A stretch of 64,000 nucleotides of DNA from Candidatus Bathyarchaeota archaeon (GCA_963714275.1 CAVQNT010000001.1:1-64000), one strand, 5' to 3'; shown: positions 11,227 through 23,882, counted from the first letter of the stretch. Translations and numbers: made by a program. Notes: generated by a model not told the origin, from the sequence alone.

Positions 11227-12621
11227 TTAATTTTCATTTGTTATTTGAGGAGTTCCTCTTTCATCAATGAACTCGTCTATCTTTATCGGGAATAAAGCTC
11301 CTGAGACTCGGTATTTTCCTGAAGTTTCCGGGTGAATAGCTTTTTCGTACGAGACCGTTATTTCAGCTTTCTCGCCATAAAGTTTTTTCAGTATATCAGT
11401 GGCTTCTTGGCTGAGAACTCTCTTGTTAATGCGGTGAGTAACGAGGTGCAAATTGTAGTTTTTTGGAGTTTCCTGTCTCAGCTGGTATTCGTCGATGCCT
11501 ACTAATTCGCTTAATGCATTGTCGAGTTCACGCATCGTCACTAGCCGACCGCTGCATGTTAGGGTTACATCGTTGGTTCGACCCTCAACCGCGGAAAGAG
11601 TCAGCCCCGATTTTCTTCCGCAACTGCAACTTCCAGACTCGTCGATCCTAACTAGGTCGCCAACGTCGAACCGAACAATGTAGTACCAAGGATTATTAAA
11701 CGTCGTTACCAGAATTCTGCCTAGAAAAGGACCACCATGCTCAGGCTTCAGTGGCTGAAAATCCACGCGGCAGAATTCCGTGTTCTGGTGAAACTTGCCT
11801 TGTTCGCACTGCATGAAAACGTACCCGGTCTCAGTTGTTCCATAGGAGCTTGCGACGGGAGCGTCGAAGACTTGTTTGATTTGTTTAAGATGAAGGTTTG
11901 TGGGAGATTCATAAGTTAAAACGATGAGCCCAGGCTGAAAAACTGGCATCTTGGATTCTGCAATGTAACGGCACAGCTTCGCCAGCAAGGAAGGATTAGC
12001 CTCGAGAACTTCAGGCTTGAACGTTTTTAAGTCTTCAACCATCCTGTCCATGTGTTCCTTAGTCCAAGACAAAGTGTCAGTTTTTTCGTTAAGGTAAAGA
12101 AACCTTGCCAGCCGCCTTTTTTCCAGCGGAAGAGGATGGTCATCTGACTTAATTCCCACATTCAACGGATTAACAAGGATTGCTTCTCTGTGGTTTCCAG
12201 TCATGATCTTGCTGGCGTAAGAGTTAAGTTTCCACGATGCCCTTTCTGAAGCGTCCCACCATTTCTGGTTCCAGATGTTGGTCACTTTTTCGTTGATTGT
12301 TCCGCTTGTCTCGATTAATTCTATTTCTTTGCTTGCCAGACTCTGTTGGACGTCACGGTCAACTGGGACAAAACCTTGCGGAGAACGGTTGCGAATGTCT
12401 TCTTTGGTCAACACGGGCATCATTGCATAGCGGAAATCGATGTCGTGTTCTTTTCCGGGATCAAAAGCTTGCCAAGATTTGTAGGCTGGAACTTGATTCA
12501 GGGCTTTTTCGAGAACGGTTAAGGAGATGTTGTAGTATTCTGTTGAAAAAGTCGGTGAACAAGCGAACAAAGGAAGGCAACAACACACGTCACCCAATAT
12601 TTTCACCTTAGCCTTAACCAT
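11227..12621 (-). CDS. Phenylacetate-CoA ligase-like adenylate-forming enzyme
   Basis: ETSGT, YGTTE, RFDVGDL, EGRT, SGKYR motifs. Confidence 0.8.
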   Translation of the reverse strand: MVKAKVKILGDVCCCLPLFACSPTFSTEYYNISLTVLEKALNQVPAYKSWQAFDPGKEHDIDFRYAMMPVLTKEDIRNRSPQGFVPVDRDVQQSLASKEIELIETSGTINEKVTNIWNQKWWDASERASWKLNSYASKIMTGNHREAILVNPLNVGIKSDDHPLPLEKRRLARFLYLNEKTDTLSWTKEHMDRMVEDLKTFKPEVLEANPSLLAKLCRYIAESKMPVFQPGLIVLTYESPTNLHLKQIKQVFDAPVASSYGTTETGYVFMQCEQGKFHQNTEFCRVDFQPLKPEHGGPFLGRILVTTFNNPWYYIVRFDVGDLVRIDESGSCSCGRKSGLTLSAVEGRTNDVTLTCSGRLVTMRELDNALSELVGIDEYQLRQETPKNYNLHLVTHRINKRVLSQEATDILKKLYGEKAEITVSYEKAIHPETSGKYRVSGALFPIKIDEFIDERGTPQITNEN

Positions 12622-12800
12622 TTATAGAACGGTGTCATACGACAAAGGGTTTCGTTTCCATTCCTTATGCGGCGATTTAAGCCTTTCTGAAAAATTGGTA
12701 TCCTACAAAAAATAACATTTATTAACATATGCGTGCATGTATACGAGGATTTAAGACAATCATTCTAACATATTTCGCGAAAAAAAACTTGTAAATTTAG

Positions 12801-14075
12801 ATGGAGAAGAAATTAACATTGGATATCAAAATTCTAGGCGGCGCGAGAGAGGTGGGGAGAGCCGCCGTTTCAGTTAAGACACAGAAGACCCAAATTCTAC
12901 TGGATTACGGAGTCATGCTCGATCATACGCCCGGGTTTCCGATGCATGTTCCGCCAAAAGAGGTTGACGCTGTCGTCGTAACGCACAGCCACCTTGACCA
13001 TTCAGGCGCAGTTCCAATATTCCACATTCATGAAATGAAGCCCGTTTATGGGACACGGATGGCCTTTGATTTTGCCAACATTTTGATTAAGGACTTCATT
13101 AAACTTTCGAGCTATTACATTCCTTTTGAGTATCTTGAGCTACGTACGATGATGCGCAGCCGGAAAGACCTGAAATACCGGGAAGAAACAACTGTTGGAG
13201 ACCTTAATTTTCAGCTCATAAATTCTGGGCATCTTCCAGGCGGAGCCCAAGTTCTCGTTGAAGCAGAAGGTAAAAGACTTCTTTACACTAGTGATTTCAA
13301 CACCATTGAGACTAAGCTTCTTCCGCCTGCTGACTTGGATTATGGAGAGCTCGACGTGGTGGTTATGGAAAGCACCTATGCTGATGAAGAGCATACTCCG
13401 AGGAAAGAGCTTGAAGAAAAATTCGTAACTGAAGTAAATGACACAGTGGAGAAGGGCGGAACAGTGTTGGTTCCAGCCTTCAGCGTCGGTCGATCTCAGG
13501 AAATAGCGTGTGTTCTGGCAGCGTATCATTTTGAATATCCAGTCATGATTGATGGCATGGCTCGAGAAGCAAGCAGAATCTTGATGGAGCAGCTTGATTT
13601 CGTCAAAGACAGGCGATTGTACATGGACGCAATTCACGAAACCAACTGGGTTGAGGGCTGGAGAGACAGAAAAATCGCATCCAGAAGGCCAGGCGTCATA
13701 ATTTCTCCAGCTGGAATGTTGAAAGGCGGACCTGCAAGTTCATACTTACAAACGATTGGCAAAAGGGCTGGCAACGCCATCTTTTTAGTTGGTTACCAGA
13801 TTCCAGGAACACCAGGCAAAGAATTGCTTGATAAGGGCAGATGCGTCATCGACGGACGGATGCGGAAAGTTAAAGCCAAAGTTGGATTCTTCGACTTCAG
13901 CAGTCACGCTGGTGCAACGGAACTCCGCGAAACCGTGAAGGGATTTAAGGGTGACCCAACCGTTTACGTGATTCACGGTGCTGAAGGAAACTGCCCAAGG
14001 TTGGCAAAATGGATCAAAGAGGAAGTTGGCTTAGAGGCTATTGCTCCAAATTCCGGAGACACATTTACTGTCTGA
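12801..14075 (+). CDS. Beta-CASP metallo-beta-lactamase ribonuclease (aCPSF2-like)
   Basis: LGGAREVGR, LLDYG, THSHLDH, MESTY, PAFSVGRSQE, GYQ, FSSHA, IHG. Confidence 0.92.
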   Translation: MEKKLTLDIKILGGAREVGRAAVSVKTQKTQILLDYGVMLDHTPGFPMHVPPKEVDAVVVTHSHLDHSGAVPIFHIHEMKPVYGTRMAFDFANILIKDFIKLSSYYIPFEYLELRTMMRSRKDLKYREETTVGDLNFQLINSGHLPGGAQVLVEAEGKRLLYTSDFNTIETKLLPPADLDYGELDVVVMESTYADEEHTPRKELEEKFVTEVNDTVEKGGTVLVPAFSVGRSQEIACVLAAYHFEYPVMIDGMAREASRILMEQLDFVKDRRLYMDAIHETNWVEGWRDRKIASRRPGVIISPAGMLKGGPASSYLQTIGKRAGNAIFLVGYQIPGTPGKELLDKGRCVIDGRMRKVKAKVGFFDFSSHAGATELRETVKGFKGDPTVYVIHGAEGNCPRLAKWIKEEVGLEAIAPNSGDTFTV

Positions 14076-14077
14076 CG

Positions 14078-15206
14078 TTAATTCAGTTTTTTAGTTTCTT
14101 TAATGAGTCTGTGAAGTTCTTCTTCGGTGTTGTAGAAGTGCGGCGAAACCCGTATACCGTTCATCCGCGCTGACACGATTATGCCTTTTTGCTCTAACTT
14201 TTCAACCTTTCCTCGGGGATCATTTACGAAGAAGTTCACGATGCCTGAACGACTTTCAACTATATTGGGAGTTTGAAGCCTAAACCCTTCTTCCTTTAGC
14301 CTTTCAACAAGGTATCCAGTCAAGCCAATTACGCGCTTCTCTATCTCGTCTATGCCGACTTCGAGAATCAGCTTCATTGCAGCTGATGCACCCACGTAGC
14401 TTAGAGAGCTTAGTCCGCCTGTCTCGAAGCGGTGGGCAGTCTCGACGAACTTCAATTCTCTGTTGTTCCAGAGACTCAATAGTCTTGAAGACTTCGGGCT
14501 TGACGCCTTCGTAACCGACAAAAACGGGTTCGGATTTCGTAATCAAGTCTTTCTGGATGTACAGGAAGCCTGCTCCGCTGGATCCCAGAAGCCACTTGTA
14601 GCTCGAGGTTGCCAGAAAGTCAGCTTTATCTCGTTTCACGTCAATGCGTAGTGCACCTGCGGATTGGCAAACATCGACGATGATCACGGCTCCATGTTCA
14701 TGCGCGACCTCGGACAACGCTTTCAGATCGTTTCTGAACCCGTTCGAGTATTCCACATGGCTGACCACAACAGCGACGGTTCGATCGTCCACCATTCTTT
14801 CGAAATCATCCAGCAGCATCTTCCCGTCCATGTTCTTGATGTATCTAACCTCAACGTTGGGTTTCAACTTGCTCCTCAACCATGGGTAGACGACTGTTGG
14901 AAACTCAAGATCAGTCGTAACCACGTTGCAGCCCCGAGGATAATCAAGGGTGTTGGCAGCGATGTTCAGCCCCGTTGTTGTGTTGGGAACAAGCGCAATC
15001 TCCGTTGATTCAGCGTTCACGAGCTCGGCAAAAAGACATCTGCCCTCATTTGGAGCACTGTGGTCTTCTTCCAGAAACAAGGAATTTTCCAGATAATTTT
15101 GAACTGCTGCTATAACAGGAGCAGGTAAAGGCGAAGACGCAGCGTGGTTAAGAAAAGCCTTGGTCTTCGTGACCGGAAATAATTTTCGTTCTTTATCCAC
15201 GTTCAT
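14078..15206 (-). CDS. Class V PLP aminotransferase / cysteine desulfurase-like (frameshift ~14480)
   Basis: FLNHAA, SHVEY, DVCQSAG, SSYKWLLG; C-terminal RFETG and IRVSPHFYN. Confidence 0.88.
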
Positions 15207-15377
15207 TACTAAAACCTCACTTGGATTAAATTATTTTTACATTTCCTCATCCATAAATATCAAGGTTCAGCCATGATTTCTTTTATATTGAATGTTTTAT
15301 GAACCATTGAAGCGCGTAAACTTGTCGTATCGCTAATTCTTTTGCTGCCACAACTGAGGTTTCTGTGAAACTGGTCA

Positions 15378-16550
15378 TCATTGAGAACTTCGGTAAGAGA
15401 GCAACTGAAGAGTGAGAAAGCCTAAGGCGATGAATATGATGCTGAAGGGGAAAATTATCCATATGCTTGTTAGGCTTATGATGGTGGCGGTGATGATGGG
15501 GGTCACGGAGACTATGAGCCCTTCTGTGAGGAAGTAGATGCTGAAGCTCAGTCCTCTTTCATTCTTAGGTGTCAAGTCAGCAACAAGCGTGTTCATTGGC
15601 GACCAAACACTGTTACTGAAAAAAGCATAAAAAATGTACACAAGCGTAAGCACAAATAGACGAGAAGAAAAGGCTAGAGCGGCAAGCGAAAATATGCAAC
15701 CGATCATAGCGAAGCCAAGCGTCTTTTTGGCACCTATTCTTTCTCCCAGAAATCCTCCAACTAAGGAGCCTAAAATACCTGTGAAGGGACCCAGCCCGAA
15801 GATTAGACTAGCTGTTACTTCCGAGAGCCCTCTTGTGTTCACGAGATACGTGGTCATGAAGGTTGATGTTCCTGTGTTTCCAACCTCTCGCAATCCTATG
15901 GCAGCCAAGAAAATTATGAAACCAGCGGAGAATATTAGGGGCAATCGTTTCAGAACCGTTCTTTTCTCTTCGCTGTTGGTTTCGGTGGTTTTTAGCTGCG
16001 GAGACTTAAGGATGATTATTCCCCAAATGAACAGGGGAACAGGCCAAAAGATATACACCCATCTCCAATTGGCTATCAACTGGAAAAAAGCGAGGCTGAC
16101 TAGGCCTATGGCTGAACCGAAGCTCCCTAAAGCGTTGTGGACGCCCATTGTTCGGCTAATTTTTTTCTGTGCAACAACTCGGCTTATGCTGCTCAATCCC
16201 GTAATGTGATAGAGAGGAGAGCACATCCTCATGATCGAGACACAAAGCACTAGCACCCAGAAACTGTTTGTCTGGCTTATGGCGAAGGCTGAAGCAGCTT
16301 CGATCGCCATGCTTGCGAATAACAGTCGGTTCACGCTTACGCGGTCTGCTAGATAACCGACCGGAAGGTTCATAAAGATCGGGACAAGGCTTGGAACAGT
16401 GGCAACCAATGAGGCTTCAAGGAGCCCTAACTGAAACTCGCGGATGAAAACTGGGATGAGAGCAACCTGGACAAGATAATAAATTTCTATAAACATGTGC
16501 GTTATGCTAACGAGCCAGAAAGACCGCTCCATCCCTAACACGTCAACCAT
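15378..16550 (-). CDS. MFS transporter
   Basis: GYLADR and GFLGERIGAKK motifs; about 12 TM. Confidence 0.9.
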   Translation of the reverse strand: MVDVLGMERSFWLVSITHMFIEIYYLVQVALIPVFIREFQLGLLEASLVATVPSLVPIFMNLPVGYLADRVSVNRLLFASMAIEAASAFAISQTNSFWVLVLCVSIMRMCSPLYHITGLSSISRVVAQKKISRTMGVHNALGSFGSAIGLVSLAFFQLIANWRWVYIFWPVPLFIWGIIILKSPQLKTTETNSEEKRTVLKRLPLIFSAGFIIFLAAIGLREVGNTGTSTFMTTYLVNTRGLSEVTASLIFGLGPFTGILGSLVGGFLGERIGAKKTLGFAMIGCIFSLAALAFSSRLFVLTLVYIFYAFFSNSVWSPMNTLVADLTPKNERGLSFSIYFLTEGLIVSVTPIITATIISLTSIWIIFPFSIIFIALGFLTLQLLSYRSSQ

Positions 16551-16825
16551 TATTCAATAAAACCTATAAAAACACAAGACCAAACTATAAAAATATATCT
16601 GAAAAATAAATTCCTAGAATCAATTATAGATTTGTTTTCGTTAACGAATCTTAACAGTGCTTGACTTATGATTCGAACATTTTGTATTATTGGTAGTACA
16701 TTTATTAATAGAGAACCATATATTTATGACAAATGCATAAAAAAACCGTAACTTCTACCTGTAATAAAATAATATTTTTTCTATCATAGTCATTTTCTGG
16801 CTAAGTTAATTCCCAACCTATCTTC

Positions 16826-17296
16826 TTAATCAGAAAGCGAACGTAAAAGAGCAGGTTTAAGACGCAAGTAGAAGGTTGGAAATACAATTATAAGGTAAAA
16901 GCCAAATCCGAGCGTCTGTCGTAATAATTGCGGAGCGTCCCATAGCCAGCTCATTGCACCGTTAAAGTGGGCGCCTGCGATCAGCCAGCCCAAAGCTATG
17001 TCTACAAATAATTCAGCAATCATCGAGTACTGCCCTGTATACCTAATAAGGTGCGAGTCAAGGACGAGGATTACGTAAATCGGAATAGAAAATAACAGGT
17101 TAAAAATCACCAAGCCCGTTACGGTTCCGTAAGTCTGCATGAAGCTCCTCGCTAAGAGGTTCGCCTCAGCATAAGGAGTCTCGCATAACATTACAGTAAC
17201 CAGAAAATCGAGTAAAATGAAGCTAAAAAGAAGAACCGTCCTCCACAACCATGCGCCTTTAGGAAACAGAAACCTCAGCGCAGACGCAGATCCCAT
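16826..17296 (-). CDS. Hypothetical membrane protein (DUF5658-like)
   Basis: LDFLVT...EANLL motif; 4 TM. Confidence 0.6.
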   Translation of the reverse strand: MGSASALRFLFPKGAWLWRTVLLFSFILLDFLVTVMLCETPYAEANLLARSFMQTYGTVTGLVIFNLLFSIPIYVILVLDSHLIRYTGQYSMIAELFVDIALGWLIAGAHFNGAMSWLWDAPQLLRQTLGFGFYLIIVFPTFYLRLKPALLRSLSD

Positions 17297-17756
17297 GAAC
17301 TTTCATTGTTATTTAAGTTTCTTATATTAGGGCTTGAAACATAAATCTGAAAAAAACTTTTGGAAAAAGACTACTTAACGTTAGCACTGAAAATAAATAT
17401 TTAACACATTGATGTCACCAATCAACCCATCTTGAGTTGTTCCGTCAGTCCATGAGAGCAGTTGAATTTGGATTTCGCCTTTTTCTTCGCCAACAAGCCA
17501 GTTGGAGTATGTGCCGCTTTATTTAATAGTATATGTCTATGTTCGACTCCCAACCGCTGGACTGGTCAGACCATGAACTTCCATCGTAAACTTTTACTTC
17601 CGTCTTTACCTCCGAAGTGAAATTTGCTGTCTCCCCAGTTAATCGCGTAAAACGAGGTTCAAATAGAAAAAAGCCAGCTTCAGCCATTAAATCTGCCCAG
17701 ACTGTACTGTTACACTTCTAGACAGTTACTATAACCTTTGACGGTTCAGTAAATTC

Positions 17757-18692
17757 TTAGGACGTGACACTCAAAGCTTTTTTATTCACGCTGAGAAAGG
17801 AAAACGAAGCCTTCAGCACGTTGATTATGTCTTTTTGGTTTGTCCACAAGGCTCGTTCGCCATTCTTTCCGTTATAGCTTTCACTGTTAAGAAACAATAG
17901 GAGCTGGTTTTGGGATATGATGAAACTTGGAAACTTCTTAAAATTAACGCAGAAAAACTTATCCTCTCCCAATCTCAGCTTCTTAACCATATAGGAGCTC
18001 CTTAAAGATGAATTTGTAATCAGTCGTATCTCGATTTTATTTGCTCTTTCCGCTAAGTCGTCTAAAGCCCCGGAGTAGAACATTTGAAGAAGATTTTCGT
18101 CTGATGCAGCGATTAAAACCTCGTTTTTCGCGTTTTCAATTATTTCGTTGAGCTTGATGTGGATTTGGTTTCTTCCTTTCAACACCTGGATAAACTCGTC
18201 GTAAGCTTCTGAATCCTTGGTTGGAAAAGAGAACATGCTCCAGCTACTAAGAATCTTTTGTTTTTCCTCTTCGAGCCGCGTGACTCTTTGCTTTTTTTCC
18301 TGAATCAGATTTTCCAACGCTTTATCAACTGGAATAGCAGCAAACTTTATTGGCCTCTCAAGTATGCGGACAACTAAGCCTTTTTCCTCAAGTCTTTTTA
18401 ATATCTTGTAAGTTTCGGTCCTGTGAAGCAATAGAGACTTTGAAACCATGTATGCCTTCTGCTCTCTGAATTTCGCTAGGTACACGTAAACTTTTGCCTC
18501 GTTTTTCGTAAGCCCAAACCTTTTAAGAGAGCCACAGAACTCCTTGAACTCCGAAAGGCTTTTCAGATGAAATTTTAGGCTTTGCATGTTCTCTAAAAGT
18601 TCGACTTCCTCATCCTCTTCAGATACGTCTGCGAGAATCTCGCTTTTATTGGTAACCGAATGCTTTGCCAATGTCATTGAGGAAATCACCAT
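17757..18692 (-). CDS. TrmB-family transcriptional regulator
   Basis: FGLTKNEAKVY...ETYKILKRLEEKGLV HTH; C-terminal PLD-like effector domain. Confidence 0.9.
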   Translation of the reverse strand: MVISSMTLAKHSVTNKSEILADVSEEDEEVELLENMQSLKFHLKSLSEFKEFCGSLKRFGLTKNEAKVYVYLAKFREQKAYMVSKSLLLHRTETYKILKRLEEKGLVVRILERPIKFAAIPVDKALENLIQEKKQRVTRLEEEKQKILSSWSMFSFPTKDSEAYDEFIQVLKGRNQIHIKLNEIIENAKNEVLIAASDENLLQMFYSGALDDLAERANKIEIRLITNSSLRSSYMVKKLRLGEDKFFCVNFKKFPSFIISQNQLLLFLNSESYNGKNGERALWTNQKDIINVLKASFSFLSVNKKALSVTS

Positions 18693-19109
18693 GAATAAAC
18701 GTGGTTTTCTATATGGGGGGTTTGTAACTAACCATCTCCCGAGAAAATATTAAATGCGTTGTGAAAAGGCAATCCGAACCAGAAGTTCAGACCATAATTA
18801 AGTTATTGACCTTTTAGGCAACCAAAATTTATGTATTAACAAAAGAGATGGACACCTTTTTAGATGGATGATTCATTATGACAATGCCTTCTAAACTTGA
18901 TATCTAAAAAAAGATATTTGACAAATATGATAGAGACGCATTTCATGATTTTATCTCGAAGGTATACATAAGATCTGAAGAACAAGATGGAATAAATGTG
19001 TCTGGCTATATTATAAAATGAAAAAATAGTAAAATACTTTTTTTATCTTTAACTTATTTTTTTATTAAAAAATCCAAAACGAGGTATTTTGATATGGTTT
19101 AAAGTTAAC

Positions 19110-20460
19110 CTATTTTCTTATTTTAACTTGAACTCCTGCTTTTTTAATTAGGCTTTGGACGATGAGCACGACGATGGCTGTGGCAACAACCGCGATGGCG
19201 ATGATGATTGTTGTCCACGGAATCTGGGATGAAACCGAAATTGTGAATTCTCTTATGCTAGTGTCGATTTCGTTGCCTTGTGCCTGAACTTGGATGACGT
19301 AGTCTCCTGGAGTTTGATTTGGATCCGCAGAGATACGGAGGGTGAAATCCACGTTGGTCATCGCTTCAAGAAACGTGACGTCCATTGGCGTTACAAGAAT
19401 GTTCGACAAGCCTGTCGAGTTCACAATCAACCTTACCCAAGCAGACTCACCGGGGGCAAGTGTCAACTGGCTTTCAGAAAAGGTGATGCCCCAAATCATT
19501 ATTGCGGATGTTCTTACCAAAGTCAGAAAAATGTTTTCAGTTTGTGATCCTTCGTTCACGACTTTTATCGGGAAATACGTGTTTTGGCCAGTGAGAACCG
19601 ACTGGACCTCTATTGGGCATTCTAGGCTTATCTTTCGTGGCACCCGTTCAACTGTTACTGTTAATCCTTGTGATGTCGAGGCGTAGTCGCCATTAATGTT
19701 TACTCTGAACTGATAATCTCTGTACGCAATGCCCTTAGGGACATTTACAACTAGAATGAGGTCTACGGACTCTCCGGAAGCCAAACTTAACGAGCGGACC
19801 TTGTTCTCTTCAACTGTGAAGGCTCGCTGTCCAGTTTGTAGGCAACCCAGGATTATTGATGTTTATTAGATAATTGTCACGGTAGGGAGCGTTGTTTGTT
19901 ACGCGAAGGTTGAATGTCAAATTGTTCCCTGGATATGTTACCAGCCAATCGTTAGAGCAGTAAACGTCGACTTCGTATTCTACAGTTGGCTCACTCTCAA
20001 CAGTCACTGTCAGTAAACAGTGTGCTTCTGAATGTTGACCATTAGCGTATGCTGCGAACTCGTAATCGCTGGGAAAAGCATCTTCTGGCACTGTCACCTT
20101 CAGCGTGAGAGTTGTAGACGATAATCCATCTATGCCGATGCCTTTGACCTTCTTGTTTTGTGAGTAGAAATCTGCCCTCCATCCTTCAGGAAGAGTTGGG
20201 CTCCCGATTTCCAGTACGAAGTTGTCATAGTAGTAGCTCGGGTTCGTTACGGTAAGCTCAAAGGACATAACTTTGTCTGGGTAGGTAACCTGCCAATAGT
20301 CTGGGCATTCAATTGTGGTTGAAAGTTGTGCAGTGCATAAATCAAATGGCTGAATGGCGAGAACCAAAAAAACTAACGCCCAACTGCAAAATATGTTGCG
20401 AAAGTGTTTGTTTTTTACAAAATTTTTCATCCATATATTCCTTCTCAGTTTATATTTCAT
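19110..20460 (-). CDS. Secreted membrane-anchored protein with repeated NEW3/Ig-like domains (frameshift ~19815)
   Basis: Signal peptide; repeated V(T)N...LPEGW/LPTNW...VP...DY.F units; C-terminal TM. Confidence 0.75.
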
Positions 20461-20496
20461 TTCTCATATTTCCTTTAAATTACTATAAAGCTTTCT

Positions 20497-23400
20497 TTAC
20501 GTCACGTTTTCAATCTTAAGGTCCTGAAACGGATTCTTCATTCGTACTTCAATCGGTCGCCTGTCAACCACATAGCATGCGATTTTTTTATACTTAGATG
20601 CGTAAGTGGCTAAGGCAGAGATTATTGCAGTAGGTTCTCCTGAGACGCATATCACGTCCGCTCTTTGGACGACCTCTTCAGCAACCTTCATGATTTTTTT
20701 TATGTCGAATGGGTCTACTTGCGAAATTATGAATCTTGGTATGCGGATGCCTTTTGTTACGAGAGCTTGTTTGAGGGTTTCGAGCCTCTGCTCTACGTCA
20801 AGTTGAGTTGCAATAATGTAAAGGGTCGTCGGGTTGTAAGAGTTTACTAAGTTATAAAGCTGGCTTAGAGACGACTCATAGGACGCTGCCACCTCGAACG
20901 TTATGGCATTCCACTCGAAAAGAACCTTTCTCACAAAAGACGCTGTTTCATGAACCGCCTCATCCAATTGTGTAGGCAAAGCTGGAATGCAGTAAAGAAC
21001 AAGACTGAACTGCCTTCCGTCTCCGGGTTGTATTACAAGTTGATTATCCGTCTTGCCACCCTTCATAATGAAATATTCAAAACCTATTTTCTTAAGTACG
21101 CCTTTCTCAGACGTTTCCTCCTCTAGCCTAATTTTACCAATAGTAGTTTTTGAATACTCCTGCATCCTGTTGAGAATGAAGCCCGTGAATGATTCAACTT
21201 CGCGAGGCATCAGTTTGAGAGGTAAATCAACAATGTAGGGTTGACCTATTTTTCGAGGTCTCTCGCTTTCTCCAATCCGCCACTTCCGTAAAAGTGACGG
21301 AGTAACCATCGTGGACGCCCTCAAAGATGGAAATAATGCGGCTAAAATCGCTGTAGAAACTGAAAGAATTATGGCCATAAAACCCCATTCAGCTGACGCC
21401 TTTTCTCTAACCTCGAGAGCACCTAATATTGAACTTGAAGCTAAACGGTAGCCAGAGATTCCGGATAAGTAACCTAAACCTCCGCCTATGATGCCGATTA
21501 TCGCAGCTTCAGCGACGAACAGCGTTGCGATGTGAGTTGGGTTCAGCCCAATTGCGGAAAGAGAAGCTATTTCGTCTTTTCTTTCCTTAACTGAGCCTAT
21601 CATAGATATGGCAATGTTGAATATGACGAGTAGCATTAGTAGGGGAACCATCGCCATCCCCTTTTCTTCCACGTATCCTGCCATTTCTTCCCTGTAAAGC
21701 GAACCGGGATGAGACACGTAGACTTTATACTCGTAGGTCAAGGCAATAACTTGGCTTATAACTTCACAGTCCTCAGGGCTTTTTAGCTGAATCGTTACCC
21801 GAGATGCGGACACTCGCTGTAATGTAATAGCTCTATCATAAACCAATACGATAACAACTTCCGCATTAAGGGGAGAAAGACTACCAGTAAAAGGTTCAAT
21901 GCCGTAAGGAACCATCGGCGAACCATCAATGTCATGAAGATTGCTCAGTTTTTCAGGATCGAAGAATCCCCGAATGATGAGTTCCTGATTGAAAATGTAA
22001 ACTTTGTCTCCAGCGCGGACGTCTAAGGTTTCCTTTGCTGAATAGGTTATGAGCACGCCTCGAAGGTCGTTGTCCTCCAGGTAGTTGCCTTCAACTATTA
22101 CGTCGTCGAAATTTGTTAGGTTGGCTTCAAGGCTTGGAACTATGCCGAGAACGCCAAAGATTCCTATGCTATCCCCTGAGGCTACAGTTAATTGCCCAAG
22201 TGGAAACATGAGGGGAACTGGTCGGTTCTCAGCTTTTTTCGAAACTGAGGTTACATTTGGCTGTGTTTCCAGCCATTTTATGAAGGAGTCTGGAAGTGTA
22301 ACGAACGGAAGCATGCCTCCTCCTGATTCATCTCTAACCAGAACAGCGTCAACGGAATAAACTGGGTTTAACTGCCGCATCACTAATCCGTATCCTGGCG
22401 ATATTGAGGTTAATGTTATGAAACCGAAGACAAGCACCATGATGTTGACGAGGCTTAGTGTTGTGCGCAGCCTTCTTCTTCTGAGGTTACGACTGCTCAA
22501 CGAGAAAGCGGTGATAAGTGCGCTTTTAATCTGTATTGAACGGTATTCGCTAGGTTTTTCTCGTCGTAATTTAAGCGGAATAACTATGGAGGCTTGCCCA
22601 ATTAGTAAGGCGAGAACCGCGATTGAAGAAAATTGCAGCTGAGGAACAAGGTGGCATCCAGGGAAAATGTAATAGAAAAACTCAACAAGCAATGTGTAGA
22701 ATGCTACTCCAACAAGTATGGTAATTGGAAACGCGAAACTCCTTTTTCCAGCAAGTATTTGCAGGCTACTTTTCCTCTCTGAAACAAGGTAGGAAGCAGC
22801 CACGGCAACGAATGAAAAAAGAAACAGTAAGGCAATGGCTGACTGCAAGCTTGTTTCCATCAGTCCTTGAAGAAAATCTTTAGTTTTGATTACCAAGAAG
22901 TAGGCGTTTCGTGTCTTGGCGAAAGATTCTGCGTAGGATTCCTTATTTAATAGGAATGTTGCTTCGTCGACGGACGTGTATGAATTTAGTAGTTCTCGTC
23001 TTTCAACCTCAACTAAGAACCCAGCGTCTAAACAATCCTCAAGCTGGTAGAACGTTGCCCCCATTAAGTCTTTTACAGACTGGATGTTCGAAAGTATAAC
23101 GGTTTCCTCTAAGTTAAAACGTAAAAATTCGCCTTGAGACAAACTAAAATATCCAGCTTTCCCTTTCACAGTGAATCCGTAACTGAAGCTTTTTGATTAC
23201 CAGTGAATGGGTCTTCGCCTTCGAACGCTGCTATGACGATGATTTGGACCTCAACGTTCGCTGGGACCACGATGTATCTTTCATTAAAACCGAAAACTCC
23301 GAGTACTCCATAGTCCCCAGGCACGGCGGTTAAAACAATTGACATAATATTATCAATGTTTTCGGAGGCACCTCCTACTGATGATACGGGGCTAGTTGTT

Positions 23401-23882
23401 TCTTCTGACGTCGGCTCTTGAACATAAAAAGAAACTTGCTGTGCTGGACTTCTACTTTCAACGTGTCTCACTTCACCCTGCATGTAGATGGTGGCGCCTT
23501 TTTTGAGGTTAAACTGCTTCGACGATGATGAGCCAGACGAAAGTGTCACATCCCACTTTTCAGGAACATAGTCCATTCCGGGAGTCTGCGGCAGATCGCA
23601 TATGACGACGACGGTGAACCTGCCAAACTCGTAAACATCCATGTGGAAATTTCCAGCTGAGTCTGTCAAAGTTGATGTTCTTAAAACATTGTCATTGTTT
23701 AGGAGCGAAACGTTTGCTCCCGTAAGCGGATGACCCTCTTCGTCCATTACTATTCCTGTAACCTCTGCCGGGGCAACTGCATGTAATGTCTGAATGTGGT
23801 TTGCTGGGATTATGGTTAAGGTTAATGCTGTAATAACGAGGATGAGGAGGTTACATGATAGACGACGAAAGGCTGTTTCCAC
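20497..23882 (-). CDS. Large FtsX/MacB-like ABC permease with N-terminal carboxypeptidase-regulatory-like domain and C-terminal CARF-like domain (frameshift ~23170)
   Basis: RNLRRRRLRT and SVKERKDEIASLSAIGL...LFVAEA FtsX motifs; VTGIVMDEEGHPLTGANV N-terminal domain. Confidence 0.8.

Noticed and set aside
17395-17600. Possible gene remnant on the minus strand (SGTYSNWLVGEEKGEIQIQLLSWTDG...GDIN)
   Set aside because: Short, interrupted by stops and not assignable to a family
18700-19110. Long AT-rich intergenic gap as an origin or ncRNA
   Set aside because: No ORB-like repeats, cdc6 gene or convincing helices seen
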